This document shows, one piece after another, positions 51,101 through 63,470 of a stretch of 64,000 nt of DNA (within the stretch, counting starts at the first letter, position 1; each line of letters starts with the position of its first letter). The notes under the pieces were generated by a model. The model made no database searches. It saw only the letters and a program-made list of their open reading frames with translations, and was not told the DNA's origin. Source of the stretch: Balanoglossus misakiensis (lineage: Eukaryota; Animalia; Hemichordata); the NCBI GenBank assembly GCA_040954595.2, contig CM082584.2:3317344-3381343 (forward strand). The letters are read 5' to 3'. The position numbers and the translations under genes are program-made.

Positions 51101-53462
51101 GCACTCACAAAATGAATTATAAAATTCAATTACCATCATTTCTCACTGACAGACACATGACAACAGACATTCGGAAAAAAAATTGCATATCAAAGTTGTA
51201 TCAAACTTATTAAAAAAGACTGGGGTATTACAGTAGTGTAATAGTAAGGCCAGAGAGAATAAAAATCTTGTTCATCGTATTTTTTGGACCAAGTTCCAGG
51301 AGCGGTGAGCGAATATTTTTATTTTATTTTTTTTAAGGCTTAAGGTAAATGCGGTTCTCTGGCATATTTGCACAGATGCAGACAAGGTGAGAAATTGGTT
51401 CCCTTTTTACCAGAAATATCTCAGACAAAAACACTGATACATGTACTTGTAACTGAATTCAATACAATAGTTCCCAACAATAACATAGGCCATTACATTT
51501 ACAGTTGGTGTTTGCACAACATATTCTGGCCACCAGCGCCAGTTATAAGAATTTTCTAACGCGGAAGAAGAATTTTCCGAGATCCAAAAAAAAAAAATTT
51601 TCCAAATCAGCCAAAGTAGAAGCGGCGATTCCGATGAACAATTTATTTTTTCTTCCTGGCCTAAGAGCTTTATTTTGAACAAACAACACAGTTGTTTTCA
51701 AAAAGCACTGTAACAGTACTGCTGGGCGAGTCATGTTACAGCACTGTACTAGCAGCGCTGTAACATGACTGTCAAGGCATACATGGAACATTCCTGATAC
51801 AGCAGTGTTCCTAGCATGGTACATTGCAACACCAGAGTTGCAACATAAGTGAAACACACATGTCAAAACAGACATGAAACATTGATGTGGCATGACTGTT
51901 TCATGTCTGTTATGTTACATTGCTGTGGACTTTTAGCTTGACAAGAATCCTATTCATTTAATATGGGTGGTTAGCGAAGACGAAGTATGAACACTCCGTC
52001 ATCCTGAAGAATGCCAATGCGTCTTGTAGTTCGTTTCTTAACGATAACAGTGGTGCAGTGGGAGTTAGGGGGAGGGGGTCTTTCCTCATGTCTGGCTATG
52101 ACTATACGTGCACTTTTTCGTGGCATAGGTATAAGACACGACATGAAATGACAACTAATCGTCTGTAGCAAATTAGTTTTATCAACCTGGTTGGTCATTC
52201 AAACCAGGAAATGAAAGTCTTGTGTCAAAAAAATGCTTGATGTGTATCTGATCAAAATCTGTTCCCAATTTTTAACATTTTAATTCACGTCAGATTCCAA
52301 TGTCCTCATCGCATGAACCAAAATTCTGCTCAAATCCTATAACGGCATTTTGATATTTTAGAAGATGACAGTAATTGCGGCGCGACTGTTGTGTGGAGTG
52401 GATATCACATATACATGGAGTAATTTCTCTAAAGGAATGAGAGATCAGTCTTAAAGTTTGTTCTCACGAAATACAGCATGGCCTGTCCCGCTGCCACAGA
52501 ATGCTAGGAGTCATTGGTGCCGTCTTCGAGCAGCAAATTTAAAAAATAGCGTCAAGGACACTGTGGTCCCATCTGAGGATTACGCAGAAATAAGGATACA
52601 CCAGAATAAAAATTACAGGTGACATTGCGAGCAGATATGATCTTACCATATAGAAATATGGGATGTAAAAAAATTAACAAGGAACATGCCCAATAAACTG
52701 TCATGTGTCATGGCATACTTACAAGTGGTGCTAGAACAAAAAATGTTTTGACCAAAAATTGTCTGTACAAACACAAATGACAAGCAACTTCTTTCAGTCA
52801 GTCCTGGAACAGACAGACAGACACACACACTGACCTGCAACTTGTAATTAAAAATTTAATAGCTGGTGGTCTCTGGAACAGCTGGCCTATTAAAGTTATG
52901 TAAACATGTCTAAGTTGGGGGTAACAACTCCTTGTCAACAGTAACTTTCAAAACAACTGGACAATTGGTTTAGGAGAAGATTTGCTAACCAAAAACAAAG
53001 AAACTTACAAAGAAAACTCGCTAAATATTGAATATTTCTGATATCAGAATTGAATAGAAATTGTATCCTAAATTTCAAAGCAATCAGAGAAAAAACTAAT
53101 TTCAAAGCAATCCAACAAGCAGTTTCACAGAAAATATTTGTTCAAAAGTGGCAAAAACACAAATATCACCAAAATTGTACAATATCTTACTTCAAGCACA
53201 TACAGACATACATCCATCCATCCATCCATACATACATACATACAGACGCAACCGATCCCGTAAGGTCCCATGGTATAAACCAATGGGACCTAAAAAAACT
53301 TGATTAGAAAATTTTGTGAAAAACCTATGTCAGTGCCTTTGGAATGATAACCATCCCAGTCGAGGTTAGGATGACGTCACATTACATGGCCGCTAGGCTG
53401 ATTTCGTTACCTTGCCCGTGGGCTCCCGCCAACAGTGTTGTAACGGCGATCAGAAACAGCAT
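43372..53462 (-). CDS. Secreted trypsin-fold serine protease homolog (catalytically inactive), ~275 aa, 6 exons
   Basis: Exons 53462-53411 (signal peptide MLFLIAVTTLLAGAHG), 46050-45947, 45596-45508, 44551-44277, 43974-43841 and 43545-43372; all GT-AG, phases match, 828 nt open. Motifs VGGYEAVPGSWPWM, HKCGATIV..WVLTAATC, DYNFALLK, ICLP, CNGDDGGP, CAVPNKPGLY. Confidence 0.92.
50192..50253. mobile_element. Tiny Tc1/mariner-type MITE
   Basis: TA|CCGTAATCG ... CGATTACGG|TA. Confidence 0.55.
50942..51012. mobile_element. Tiny piggyBac-type MITE
   Basis: TTAA|CCCTTTC ... GAAAGGG|TTAA. Confidence 0.65.
51248..51661. mobile_element. Harbinger/Zator-type MITE (TAA TSD)
   Basis: TAA|GGCCAG..AATAAA..TTGTTCATCG ... 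CGATGAACAA..TTTATT..CTGGCC|TAA. Confidence 0.65.
52552..53293 (+). mobile_element. DINE/HINE-like element (second family)
   Basis: Head caaggacactgtggtcccat (also at ~21793); (CATC/CATA)n microsatellite; 3' hairpin ggtcccatgg...ccaatgggacc (also at ~46699-46725). Confidence 0.6.
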
Positions 53463-53649
53463 GGTCCTCCTTCAAGAAACTCGCTTCACAGAATACAGGG
53501 TGCGGTGGAACGAGTTCCGTATTCTACACCCAGGTTAGTCAACAAAGTCTGTGAACATTCAGAAATACCGTCACCTGTGGCCGTCGGTGATGTATTGTAT
53601 AGCGTTGATCGCTATGGAAAGCCACAGCTGTCTTAAGTCCATTGTTACC

Positions 53650-54480
53650 ATTATACGACGCTCATACATCTTTATACAATGTGCATTCATCATTATACGA
53701 TGCTCATACATCATTATACGCTGTTCGTACATCATTATACGACACTCGTACATCATTATACAATGTGCATATATCATTATACGATGGGCATACAACATTA
53801 TATGCTGGTCGTACATCTTTATACAACGCTCATACATGATTATACGCTGCTTGTACATCATTATACGACACTCGTACATCATTATACAATGTGCATATAT
53901 CATTATATGCTGGTCGTACATCATTATACGACGCTCATACATCATTATACGCTGCTCGTACATCATTATACAACACTCGTACATCATTATACAACGCTCG
54001 TACATCATTATACAATGTGCATATATCATTATACGATGTGCATACAACATTATATGCTGGTCGTACATCTTTATACAATGTGCATACAACATTATACGCT
54101 GGTCGTACTTCATTATACAATGCTCATACATCACTATACAATGTGCGATCAGTATACGCTGTGCATACATCATAAAATGACGCTCATACATCATTATACA
54201 ATGTACATACATCATTATACACTGCCCATACATCATTATACGCTGTGCATACAACATTATACGCTGGTCGTACATCATTATACGACGCTCATACATCATT
54301 ATACAATGTGCATACGCCATCATACGCTGTGCATACATCATTATACGTCGCTTATTCACCATGATACTATGTGCATACATCATTATGCGCTGTGCATACA
54401 TTTTTATACGACGCTCATACATCATTATACAATGTTCATACAACATTATATGCTGGTCGTACATCATTATATGCTGATCA
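53650..54480. repeat. Left subterminal 21-bp minisatellite of copy B (catacatcattatacgacgct-like)
   Basis: Directly visible; contiguous with the TIR. Confidence 0.95.
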
Positions 54481-54659
54481 TGCACCATGATATGATGCTT
54501 GTTCATTACATTACAGCAGAGACACCTTTATTGCAGGCTGTTTGTTAACTGGTTCCTAACAGTGTATTTACGATAGAGGGCATGTACTCTGATCAGCTGT
54601 TTCTATCGGCCATTTTGGATGTCAAGTATTTGATTTGTAAGTCTTCACAATTTGGCAAA

Positions 54660-56024
54660 ATGGCATTGTCTCCTATGTCCACCATACTGCAGCGACTGAA
54701 TTTGAGCAACCTTACTGGAGTGTTTGAAAGGGAGAGGATCACTCCAGATATTGTTGGTAAGCTATCCAGCTGGGAAATGGAGTCCCTTGGAGTGGTTAAT
54801 CCTGGAGACAGAATGGCTTTGAGCGTGACTTGTACCACCTATGGGATGCAAGTTCCACCTAAGGTTTGGGAAAGTGGGGGTGCACCACAGTTCATCATTC
54901 CAAAAGATATCCTGGAGAACCATTTAGATGAGGATTTTAGCATCTCTGAAATAGCATCAATGATAGGAGTTTCAGAAAGTACCATTTACAGAAGAATGCG
55001 ACAATATGGTCTTAGCAAGATGGACTTCACAGATATATCTGAAAGTAATCTAGATTCATATGTCATTGAATTGGCACGAGAGTTCCCATACTGTGGAGAG
55101 AGAATGCTAACTCACATTTTGAAGAATAGAGCAGGCATTAAAGTCCAGCGGATGCGCCTCCGTGACAGTCTTCACAGAATTGACTCAGATGGTGTAGATG
55201 CAAGACGAAGGGGTCGTTTACATCGCAGAATATACAATGTTAAAGGACCAAATCACTTGTGGCACATTGACACAAACCACAAGTTGATTAGGTGGCATTT
55301 TGTGGTAATTGGCGGTATTGATGGTTTTAGCCGTCTGCCAGTCATGCTTCAATGTCGGGACAACAACAAGTCAGCTACTCTGTTACAGTGTTTCAAAAGT
55401 GCTGTAGGCGAATATGGCGTTCCAAGTAGGGTGCGCTCCGATCAGGGCATGGAGAATGTTGGCATAGCGGACTACATGATATTAAGCCGTGGGCCTAATA
55501 GGGGAAGCATGATCACAGGGAAAAGCGTACACAATCAAAGAATTGAGAGGCTGTGGAAAGATGTTTTTGAAGGTGTTCTTGCGTTATATTACCAGTTATT
55601 TTATTTTATGGAGGAGAAGGGTATTTTAGATATACTGAAGCCAAGCCATATAGCTGCACTTCACCATGTGTATTTATCTAGAATAAATCATAAATTAGAA
55701 ATATGGAATAACGCATGGGCCAATCACAGAATGAGGACGACAAGAACATCACCTCTGCGCTTATGGGTTTCCGGTCAGTTGCAGAACCCAGTTGGGATTG
55801 AGTTAGCTGCTGATGAAGTCACAGAATATGGCGTTACTGGCGTGATTCGTGAGGATGCTGATGAAGCAGATTCGAGACCTGTGATCGATGCACCATCATT
55901 TGAGTTAAATGAAGCCTGTACGGAAGAACTATATCGCACCATTCCACAAACATGGACATCCAATAACTATGGTATTGAGAGGTACCTAGATGCACTATCC
56001 ATAATTAATCATCACCATGATTAA
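54660..56024 (+). CDS. DDE transposase with N-terminal SAM-like domain and HTH, copy B
   Basis: Intact ORF (open from 54582; ATG 54660 aligns with the copy A start). [28 protein letters not shown] pattern [46 protein letters not shown]. Confidence 0.93.
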   Translation: MALSPMSTILQRLNLSNLTGVFERERITPDIVGKLSSWEMESLGVVNPGDRMALSVTCTTYGMQVPPKVWESGGAPQFIIPKDILENHLDEDFSISEIASMIGVSESTIYRRMRQYGLSKMDFTDISESNLDSYVIELAREFPYCGERMLTHILKNRAGIKVQRMRLRDSLHRIDSDGVDARRRGRLHRRIYNVKGPNHLWHIDTNHKLIRWHFVVIGGIDGFSRLPVMLQCRDNNKSATLLQCFKSAVGEYGVPSRVRSDQGMENVGIADYMILSRGPNRGSMITGKSVHNQRIERLWKDVFEGVLALYYQLFYFMEEKGILDILKPSHIAALHHVYLSRINHKLEIWNNAWANHRMRTTRTSPLRLWVSGQLQNPVGIELAADEVTEYGVTGVIREDADEADSRPVIDAPSFELNEACTEELYRTIPQTWTSNNYGIERYLDALSIINHHHD

Positions 56025-56569
56025 TTCTGTTCGTTCTAGACTTAGAGCGGCAATAGCTGTGATTTTGAACATTTTTTGGCACTAATAACACAGGAAATGT
56101 TTTATTAAAAATAAAAATCAGAGAAAACAGATCGATAGTTCAGTACAATTATTGCTGCTTTAACATATGGAGCACTTAGAAAACAAACAGATACAATGTA
56201 TCATTTGACAATGCATGTTTATTCAAAGAAAACATACACAACTTCTCGACAACAATGAGTTTTACTAGCCAAATCCTCAAGGTCAAAACGAAATGACAAC
56301 AACACCGGCGCCGCCGATAACACCAAGTCACATGAATGAAAAAAACAGCTGATCACTGGAAAGCAGGTCACTGCAGCGCAGATGCTCTATGGACTGCAAT
56401 ATTACTCTGAAGGGCCATCCATGAAACAGTAATTGTTAACGTTTGTCAGTTGGAACTTGTAACTTATACATGTAGTATAAAGCAACTAAACATATACCCC
56501 CAGTACTCAAATGGTTGCCATATTATGTATCCAATGCATAGAAGGAAATCAAACCATACAGGCACCATG

Positions 56570-59500
56570 TCATACTCTACCAAAATGTCTAGTGGTAAAT
56601 GCATAATCATACATCTCATGCATCCTATCTACTGACAATAGGTCATGCTCAAGAGTGGGTCTCGGTAGCTTCAATAAATTGATGCAAGTATCTGACGTTG
56701 GAATAAAAGATATTTCATATGGAATAAATTCAATACTTGGTGCAGTTCCAAACCCTAACACTGGTTCTTGCTCTAAACCATGAAAGTTATATTTTAACCC
56801 ATTGATATAGCCAAGACATTACTTACTTGCAACTTCACGAAGATATTTGTTGAATACTGCATATACTTGGCCTTCATATCTTCTATCATTAGAACCATTC
56901 TCACTGAACGATGGTGTTAGCATTGCCTTTAGCCTTGGCAAAGTGAGTTTTGAGGATGTATTTTCACGCAGAAGATGCTGGAATGTAGGCAGCTCTATAC
57001 ACATCTGTATTAAGTAATATATAGTGTGTAATATATGTGTATTAATACACTTCTCTTTTAGACACACAAAAAACATGACAATGGAAGCAAACCATATACA
57101 ATGTAATAAAGTTCATGTTTATGTTCTCAGTCTGACAATAATATAGAGAGACTTCAATATGAACACTGATTACAATCACCCCACAAAAGCACTAGAGATT
57201 GTATTTAGTACTCCCATTGTGATATACATGTATTGTGACAGTATACTACTACCGGTAGTAGTGTTGTTTAAAATTCCAGTACTATAATGTTTTTTTAATG
57301 AATTCTGACCAAGACATGAATGGAAAAGTTGGCTAAGTAATATCAGATACATGTAGATAAGGTATGCAATACCTCAGTTTGTAGTTTCAACACTTTGTTA
57401 AAAGGTGATTTTTGACCGTGTATGAAGTGAGTTATTTACATCTGTCCTATATCTTATATGGACCAAACCAAAATTTTACCAAAATACAAGAAATTATGGT
57501 GGAAATCAGTTTATGAATAAGCCAATTACTACCAGTTAAAATGCATGGACTGATGCTAAAAAGTGATTGTTCTATACATTACATATGTTAACAGTGTACA
57601 TGTTCATAGAATCCTACCCTATATTTATTAAACTATGAAACTATTCAATTCTATTTAATATCCAAATTACCCTAATTAAAATAAACCAATGTGCATAAAA
57701 AATAATCAAATCTTGTATTTGTTGCATTTGTCTTTTTTTATATTCTAAGCAAGATTTTCGTACTGACAGACATCCATGACATAAGACATGGTGGCTATTA
57801 ACCACTAAAGCTGTTATAACTCAATAATCTATAAATAGTTGTTTAAACTCACCTTATGTATCCCTAATTTGTTTAGGCCTTCCTTTAATTTCTCCAGACA
57901 TGGATTTAATGACACTAAGCCTGTAGAGAACAGCTCTGATAAGACATCGGCACCTAGGAATTGAGGCAATACTCCATTCTGCAATATGCTCACAGCTATA
58001 AGAATCAATAATTTAAGTTACATTTTGAAGAGCTCCTGTGTGAGTTGCGAGAAGTTCTGTCTAACGAGTCATATAACATGAACCCATGTGTATGTCTTGA
58101 TTGCCATTCGTGAACTAATTTAACATGCAATTTGTCCACACAATACTCGTAGATAAGCATTAGTCATGCATATTCCATGTTTGAATGGGTTTTGGCATTG
58201 GCATGAATCAACTTCGAACCAAAGAAAGTTTAGAAAGAACTCCCGTGTTCTGAGGGAATCGCAATAGTAAAAGCAATTTGATCCACAGTATTAAAATTTA
58301 CAATACAAACAGAAAACCCTACATAACCCCTACATGTGCATAATCCCAGAATACCAATAAGTATACCAGCTAACAGCTGAAAAATTGGCTAATTTAGGTT
58401 TGTCTTATTGAAATTTCTAGAGCTATCAGTGGAGCAGCTAATAAATTGCAATTTATTATGCAAATTAGATAATTAATATGCACTGGTGTCAACCAAAAAG
58501 TATAATCAGATCTTCGCATTTTCCAAATGCATCTGTGTATCAAGTTTCATTGGAATCTGTTGAACGGTGCATGAGATATCAATGGAACAGCTAAGAATTG
58601 GCTAAGAATGGCTGGCATGTCATAACAGCAGAAGTAAAAAAGGATGTCCATATGAACATGCCAGAACAAAAAATATCTTACCTAAGATCTGACCAACAGT
58701 CACGTAATCATCACAGAGGTGGTCTTTTAAGCCATTGTCAAAATATTTCTCTTTCAATATCCTTAACATTGAATTCAAAAATTCTTTACGTGGACCGCCA
58801 TAGTCCTTTGCTCTCTGTGTGAAATTAATAATATAAATATTGATGTTAGTATATGGTAATAGATTAATCATTTTAAGGCAATAAAAATCCATTCAAACAA
58901 ATGTTTTTCTTTATTTCAAATTACCTCTCCATAAAAGTCTACTTCAAGCGTTGTTCGTAGTTGCTGTATAGACAAGGCAGACATTTCATCAAAACCAGTT
59001 GATGAAAGGCACAGTCTGTCAACGCTAATCACAGTTGTATCGCCTTCGTCACACTGATCCATTGCTTTGATTTCCAGAGCTCTACCAATGATCATTTTAG
59101 CTTGATAGTACCGGAGAATCTCCACAGGGTTTTCTATACTATGCTCCTTACAGTAATCAACAGTTTCTATAACAATAGCTTCCACTTTCCTCTTTTCTGC
59201 ATCATCTCCCACTTCATCTTCTTCATCGACCACCTACAATGGGCAAAACAAGATTAATAATTTAACATAAGTTAGGAAATGTCTATATACCATATTTGGT
59301 CCAACAAAGATCAATAATGATATACAATCTGTCAATGTATATAAAAATGACTGCCCATATATTTTCCTTCTTTTAAACTGGACTGATTAGGGAGTTTGTG
59401 TACATTTTCTGTACCTTTTTGGCAGACATCCGTGCATATTAATTTTCACCTAAAATTGCTTTTTTGAGACCACAAAAATATGTAATATTAAATTAAAATA

Positions 59501-62434
59501 TGTAAAAAACAACATTTTCAACTTGATTTTTTTACAATTTACCAGTTAGTGGCCCAAAAAAAGGAAACTCACAGGAAAACAAATAATTAAACACTTACAA
59601 AATTGTCTCGCTCCATTTCCACATTTATATCAGAATTGGTCTGATTTTCATCAGATACAGCAGTAGCTGTAATATAATCATTCCTGAAAGAAAGAAGATG
59701 GTCCTCTTTTCAGTGTCATATTCTCTATGTTATTATTATATTATATGTAGAAACGTCCATAAGATTATATGTCACAGAAACAGACGACTAGAACTTGGGT
59801 GCTTCCATTGTGGCAAGAATTTTAAAAGAAATTCATTTGTGCCCACATATACAGATCTGATGGTTTATATGTTAAAAGTTAAAACGGTGTAATCTAATAT
59901 TGGATGAATATCCTGACTGTACATAGCGTATTTACCCTATTAGTAACGCATGCTCTTTCGAAATGGCAGAGGTTTGTTTATGGTCAAAACAAGTCTTGTT
60001 TTAATAAGTCAGTATACAATAAATGCCACTGTTGGCTTACATGTACTTGGATTTTAGATGCGCTTCTAACGGAGCAAATACGGCATACTTAAAGGGAGTA
60101 GATCGTCACATACGCATGGATTCACTGTAGCCTCTGGTTACGGCAGGTAAACATTCAATCCCATAATTCCGTACGAATATCAAACTCTATAAAATGGCCA
60201 CCAAACTACTCGCTAAAACTAGTAAAAGCCTTACTTGGGTATTCTTACACTGTTTGGAATGAAAAATAACTAAATATGACCACCATTCAAATTCCGAATT
60301 TGCAGCACAAATTTCAGTGAGAGAAGCCTGTGTACCGCACGATGTATTCACACACCAATCGCCATTACCAAGCACACCTGATTCATACGGGACAACGAAG
60401 CGCCCCAAAACGCCTCACAACTTGTACAATGGCCCCTTTTTGAACTTTATGCGAGGAAGACGCAGCCATCTTGAATCTCGCTCACACACTAGCTATACAG
60501 TGCATTATGGGTAAAAATCATGTTTATCAACAAAGGATAAAAATAGGAAAATCTACCCCCCTTCAACCTATTTAATTTTACTGTACTACACACTATATTT
60601 TAGACTACACTAACAAATGAGTATAATCCCAGTTATAATGCAAAAAGTTAGTTCAGTGAATTAGCATGAACTGAAATTGCTCAGGTGTTGCAATGATATT
60701 GCACCATCTGGACAATGTTGATTGTCATTATATTTACAACTGTTCTTGTATTTACATTTTCTGATGGAATAAATTTCATTCATCATATGCAAATTAAATG
60801 GCAACATAACCAAATCAAATAAGATTATGTATTTTATTATGATGCCATGGGAACATGCACAGAAAGTGAAAGGCCAGAAACTGGCTCAAGTCAGCAGGTC
60901 ACAGGAATTTGAAATTGTTGTTGTTGAAAGAAATATACAGGCCAAAACAAAATTATGCTGGAGGTTCCTGACTTCTGCCTGACTTCAGGAGCATAGCTGT
61001 ATCAATGTGCCAAATGTAATTGAAAATGGTATTAATACTTACACATGTACCGGTACATGATCAGCAACCTCACTCATAGATTCAACAGCTGCCTATAAAA
61101 TGAAATAATATTGGAAGTAAGCTACATATCATAAACTATGTATGTACAGTGTATTATCACAAGCACCAAAACTGACCAAAATGTTCACCAAAAACTAGAT
61201 GCTAGCATATACATGCATGTATCCCCCAACCCATTGCTCATTTGCATATATCAGAATATGAATCCAGAGCAGATGCTTTTGGGTAAATATTGGTAAATAC
61301 TGACTTACAAAGACAACATTAATTCTAACATGTTGGTTATGTTCATCCCTACAATACAAACATGAATGAACACAACAAAATAGTTTGAGAGAATGAGTTG
61401 TTTTCACCAAAAATACACGAGTATTCCAAATTTTCTTTTCTCATTGCTCACAGTTGCAATTTCTTTCTTGATGATAACGAGTTATCAATCGTTTTTTCAC
61501 AAAATGTTCATAGTCCCCCCCCCTCCACCCACCCAGATTTTCAAATTAGAAAAAAACATACATAAATAAATATTAAATAATTTCTAAAATACTGTTATAT
61601 GTTCACACTTACCCCTACATCTTCATCTGAATCAGATAAACATTTACATGTCCACATGTGATCACGTAATTCCCGTACATCAATAAGTTGATTGCACCCC
61701 TGGCACTTTTCTGTAACACTTGACGAAATTCCAATGGATGATATTGGCTTTGTTGACAGGTTTCGTTGTATAGGCCTCAAATAAATCTTAGACTGTGAGC
61801 CTAAATTAGCCTTCAGATCAGGTATTGACCAGTCACAGCTTATTACAGACAGATTACGTGAGTTAGGTTGACACTGCAGTAGTTCAAATCCACCGGCATC
61901 TTTCAATTGAGAATATCCAGCCATATCATTGTCATCATCTTTCGCAGATGACAAGGTATCCAAGAACTCCCCCTGAGAACACGAAGCATCAAATTTGATC
62001 TTTTTTGGCCCTAACCCAGCACGATGTAAAACTTGACGTTCGGCAGATGTTGGAACTTTAAAGGCATGCCTGTCCGACAAACAAACAAAATTTCCTGTCC
62101 ATGTACGCTTCGGTTGATTGACCGTGCCACTCCGGCGCGTGCCTGTCCTAGGTCTACATCCCCTTGGTGCCATTCTCGGGTTAAAAAGCACACTTCTTTC
62201 TTCTCGAACAGCGCTGGCCATACTGTCATTCCTGGTAGTAGACTCACCGGTTCCGATCGTACTTGTAGCCGTTTTACACAGGTCACGGATGCGAACGCGA
62301 TCCCCCAATGTTGAAACTCCCAGTCTAGTTAATTCACCATCAGTCATGGAAAGAACCGTTGAAGGATCCACTCGTTCGTCTAGGAAACGCTGTAAGAGCG
62401 CTGGAAGTTCGAGCTTAGTCAAGATACTTTCCAT
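56570..62434 (-). CDS. Transposon-borne SAM - beta-grasp-like - UBZ-like - HECT E3-ligase-like gene, copy B
   Basis: Exons 62434-61613, (possible small linker exons), 59233-58925, 58814-58682, 57995-57853, 57004-56827 and ~56773-56570. SAM: ILTKLELPALLQRFLDERVDPSTVLSMTDGELTRLGVSTLGDRVRI. Also GGFELL...IYLRPIQ, CQGC-x11-HMWTC, DYGGPRKEF and IPTSDTCINLLKLP. Confidence 0.85.
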
Positions 62435-62599
62435 TCTGACTGGGTCAAACACTCAGATCACAAACAAATATGGCGCATGTTACGTATTTAAGTATGTTGC
62501 GCCCTCTTTGACAGAATTGCGGTTAGGCATAGCATATCATAATGACATGTCCGCATAGTATAAAGCCAAACGCGCGCCGTATGTTGAACGGGCATAGTA

Positions 62600-63192
62600 T
62601 CATGGTGAATGAGCGACGTATAATGATGTATGCACAGCGTATAATGATGTATGCACACTGTATAAAGATGTATGAGCGTCGTATAATGATGTATGGGCAA
62701 TGTATAATGACGTATTCACAGCGTATAATGATGTATGCACATTGTATAAAGGTGTATGAGCGTCGTATAATGATGTATGGGCAATGTATAATGATGTATG
62801 CACAGCGTATAATGATGTATGCACATTGTATAAAGGTGTATGAGCGTCGTATAATGATGTATGGGCAATGTATAATGATGTATTCACAGCGTATAATGAT
62901 GTATGCACATTGTATAAAGGTGTATGAGCGTCGTATAATGATGTATGGGCAATGTATAATGATGTATTCACAGCGTATAATGATGTATGCACATTGTATA
63001 AAGGTGTATGAGCGTCGTATAATGATGTATGGGCAATGTATAATGATGTATTCACAGCGTATAATGATGTATGCACATTGTATAAAGGTGTATGAGCGTC
63101 GTATAATGATGTATGGGCAATGTATAATGATGTATGCACATTGTATAAATATGTATGAGCTTCGTATAATGATGTATAAGCGTCGTATAATG
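62600..63192. repeat. Right subterminal 21-bp minisatellite of copy B with 84-bp (4x21) higher-order repeat, inverted relative to the left array
   Basis: Unit starts at 62761, 62845 and 62929 are 84 bp apart. Confidence 0.95.
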
Positions 63193-63415
63193 GTAACAAT
63201 GGACTTAAGACAGCCGTGGCTTTCCATAGATCGCGATTACTTGTTTGTTACTATATTTAGAAATCCCTAGTGCGCATGTCTGGCGCCATCTTGAAATTCG
63301 GAGAAACAAATCGGACAGCCATTGACACCGCGCAGTGTACCGTGTACCGTCGCCCCGGCTGGGTAAAATCTACCGTCGTTTTTTGCCCCTAAATTGCTTG
63401 TTTTTTTTAGTTACA

Positions 63416-63470
63416 ATGGTAGCTACTAAGCACTGTTGTTACGGTGTTTGTAAAAATGACTCCAGATACA
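63416..63470 (+). pseudogene. Truncated THAP-like N-terminus, probably a DNA transposon relic
   Basis: MVATKHCCYGVCKNDSRY (C-x4-C THAP-like start), after which similarity is lost and a stop follows at 63530. Confidence 0.4.

Larger units (their letters stand above)
47416..51927 (+). mobile_element. Putative CACTA/EnSpm-like element in intron 1 of the protease homolog, carrying degenerate spliced ORF pieces
   Basis: Ends CACAGCAA...TTGCTGTG. Dense TGTAACA/TGTTACA/ACATG subterminal motifs at 47480-47710 and 51700-51920. Plus-strand exon-like pieces at ~48600-48890, 49184-49259, 50009-50140 and 50728-50873. No TSD recognised. Confidence 0.45.
53613..63228 (+). mobile_element. IS3EU-like two-gene DNA transposon, copy B, full length (9616 bp)
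   Basis: TIR TATGGAAAGCCAC(A/G)GCTGTCTTAAGTCCATTGTTACCATTATACGACGCT at both ends (1 mismatch in 50 bp). 6-bp TSD GATCGC at 53607-53612 and 63229-63234. Inverted 21-bp arrays; transposase and convergent HECT gene inside. Confidence 0.95.

Noticed and set aside
53551-54548. Long ORFs in several frames (also 62523-63270)
   Set aside because: Artefacts of the stop-free 21-bp repeat.
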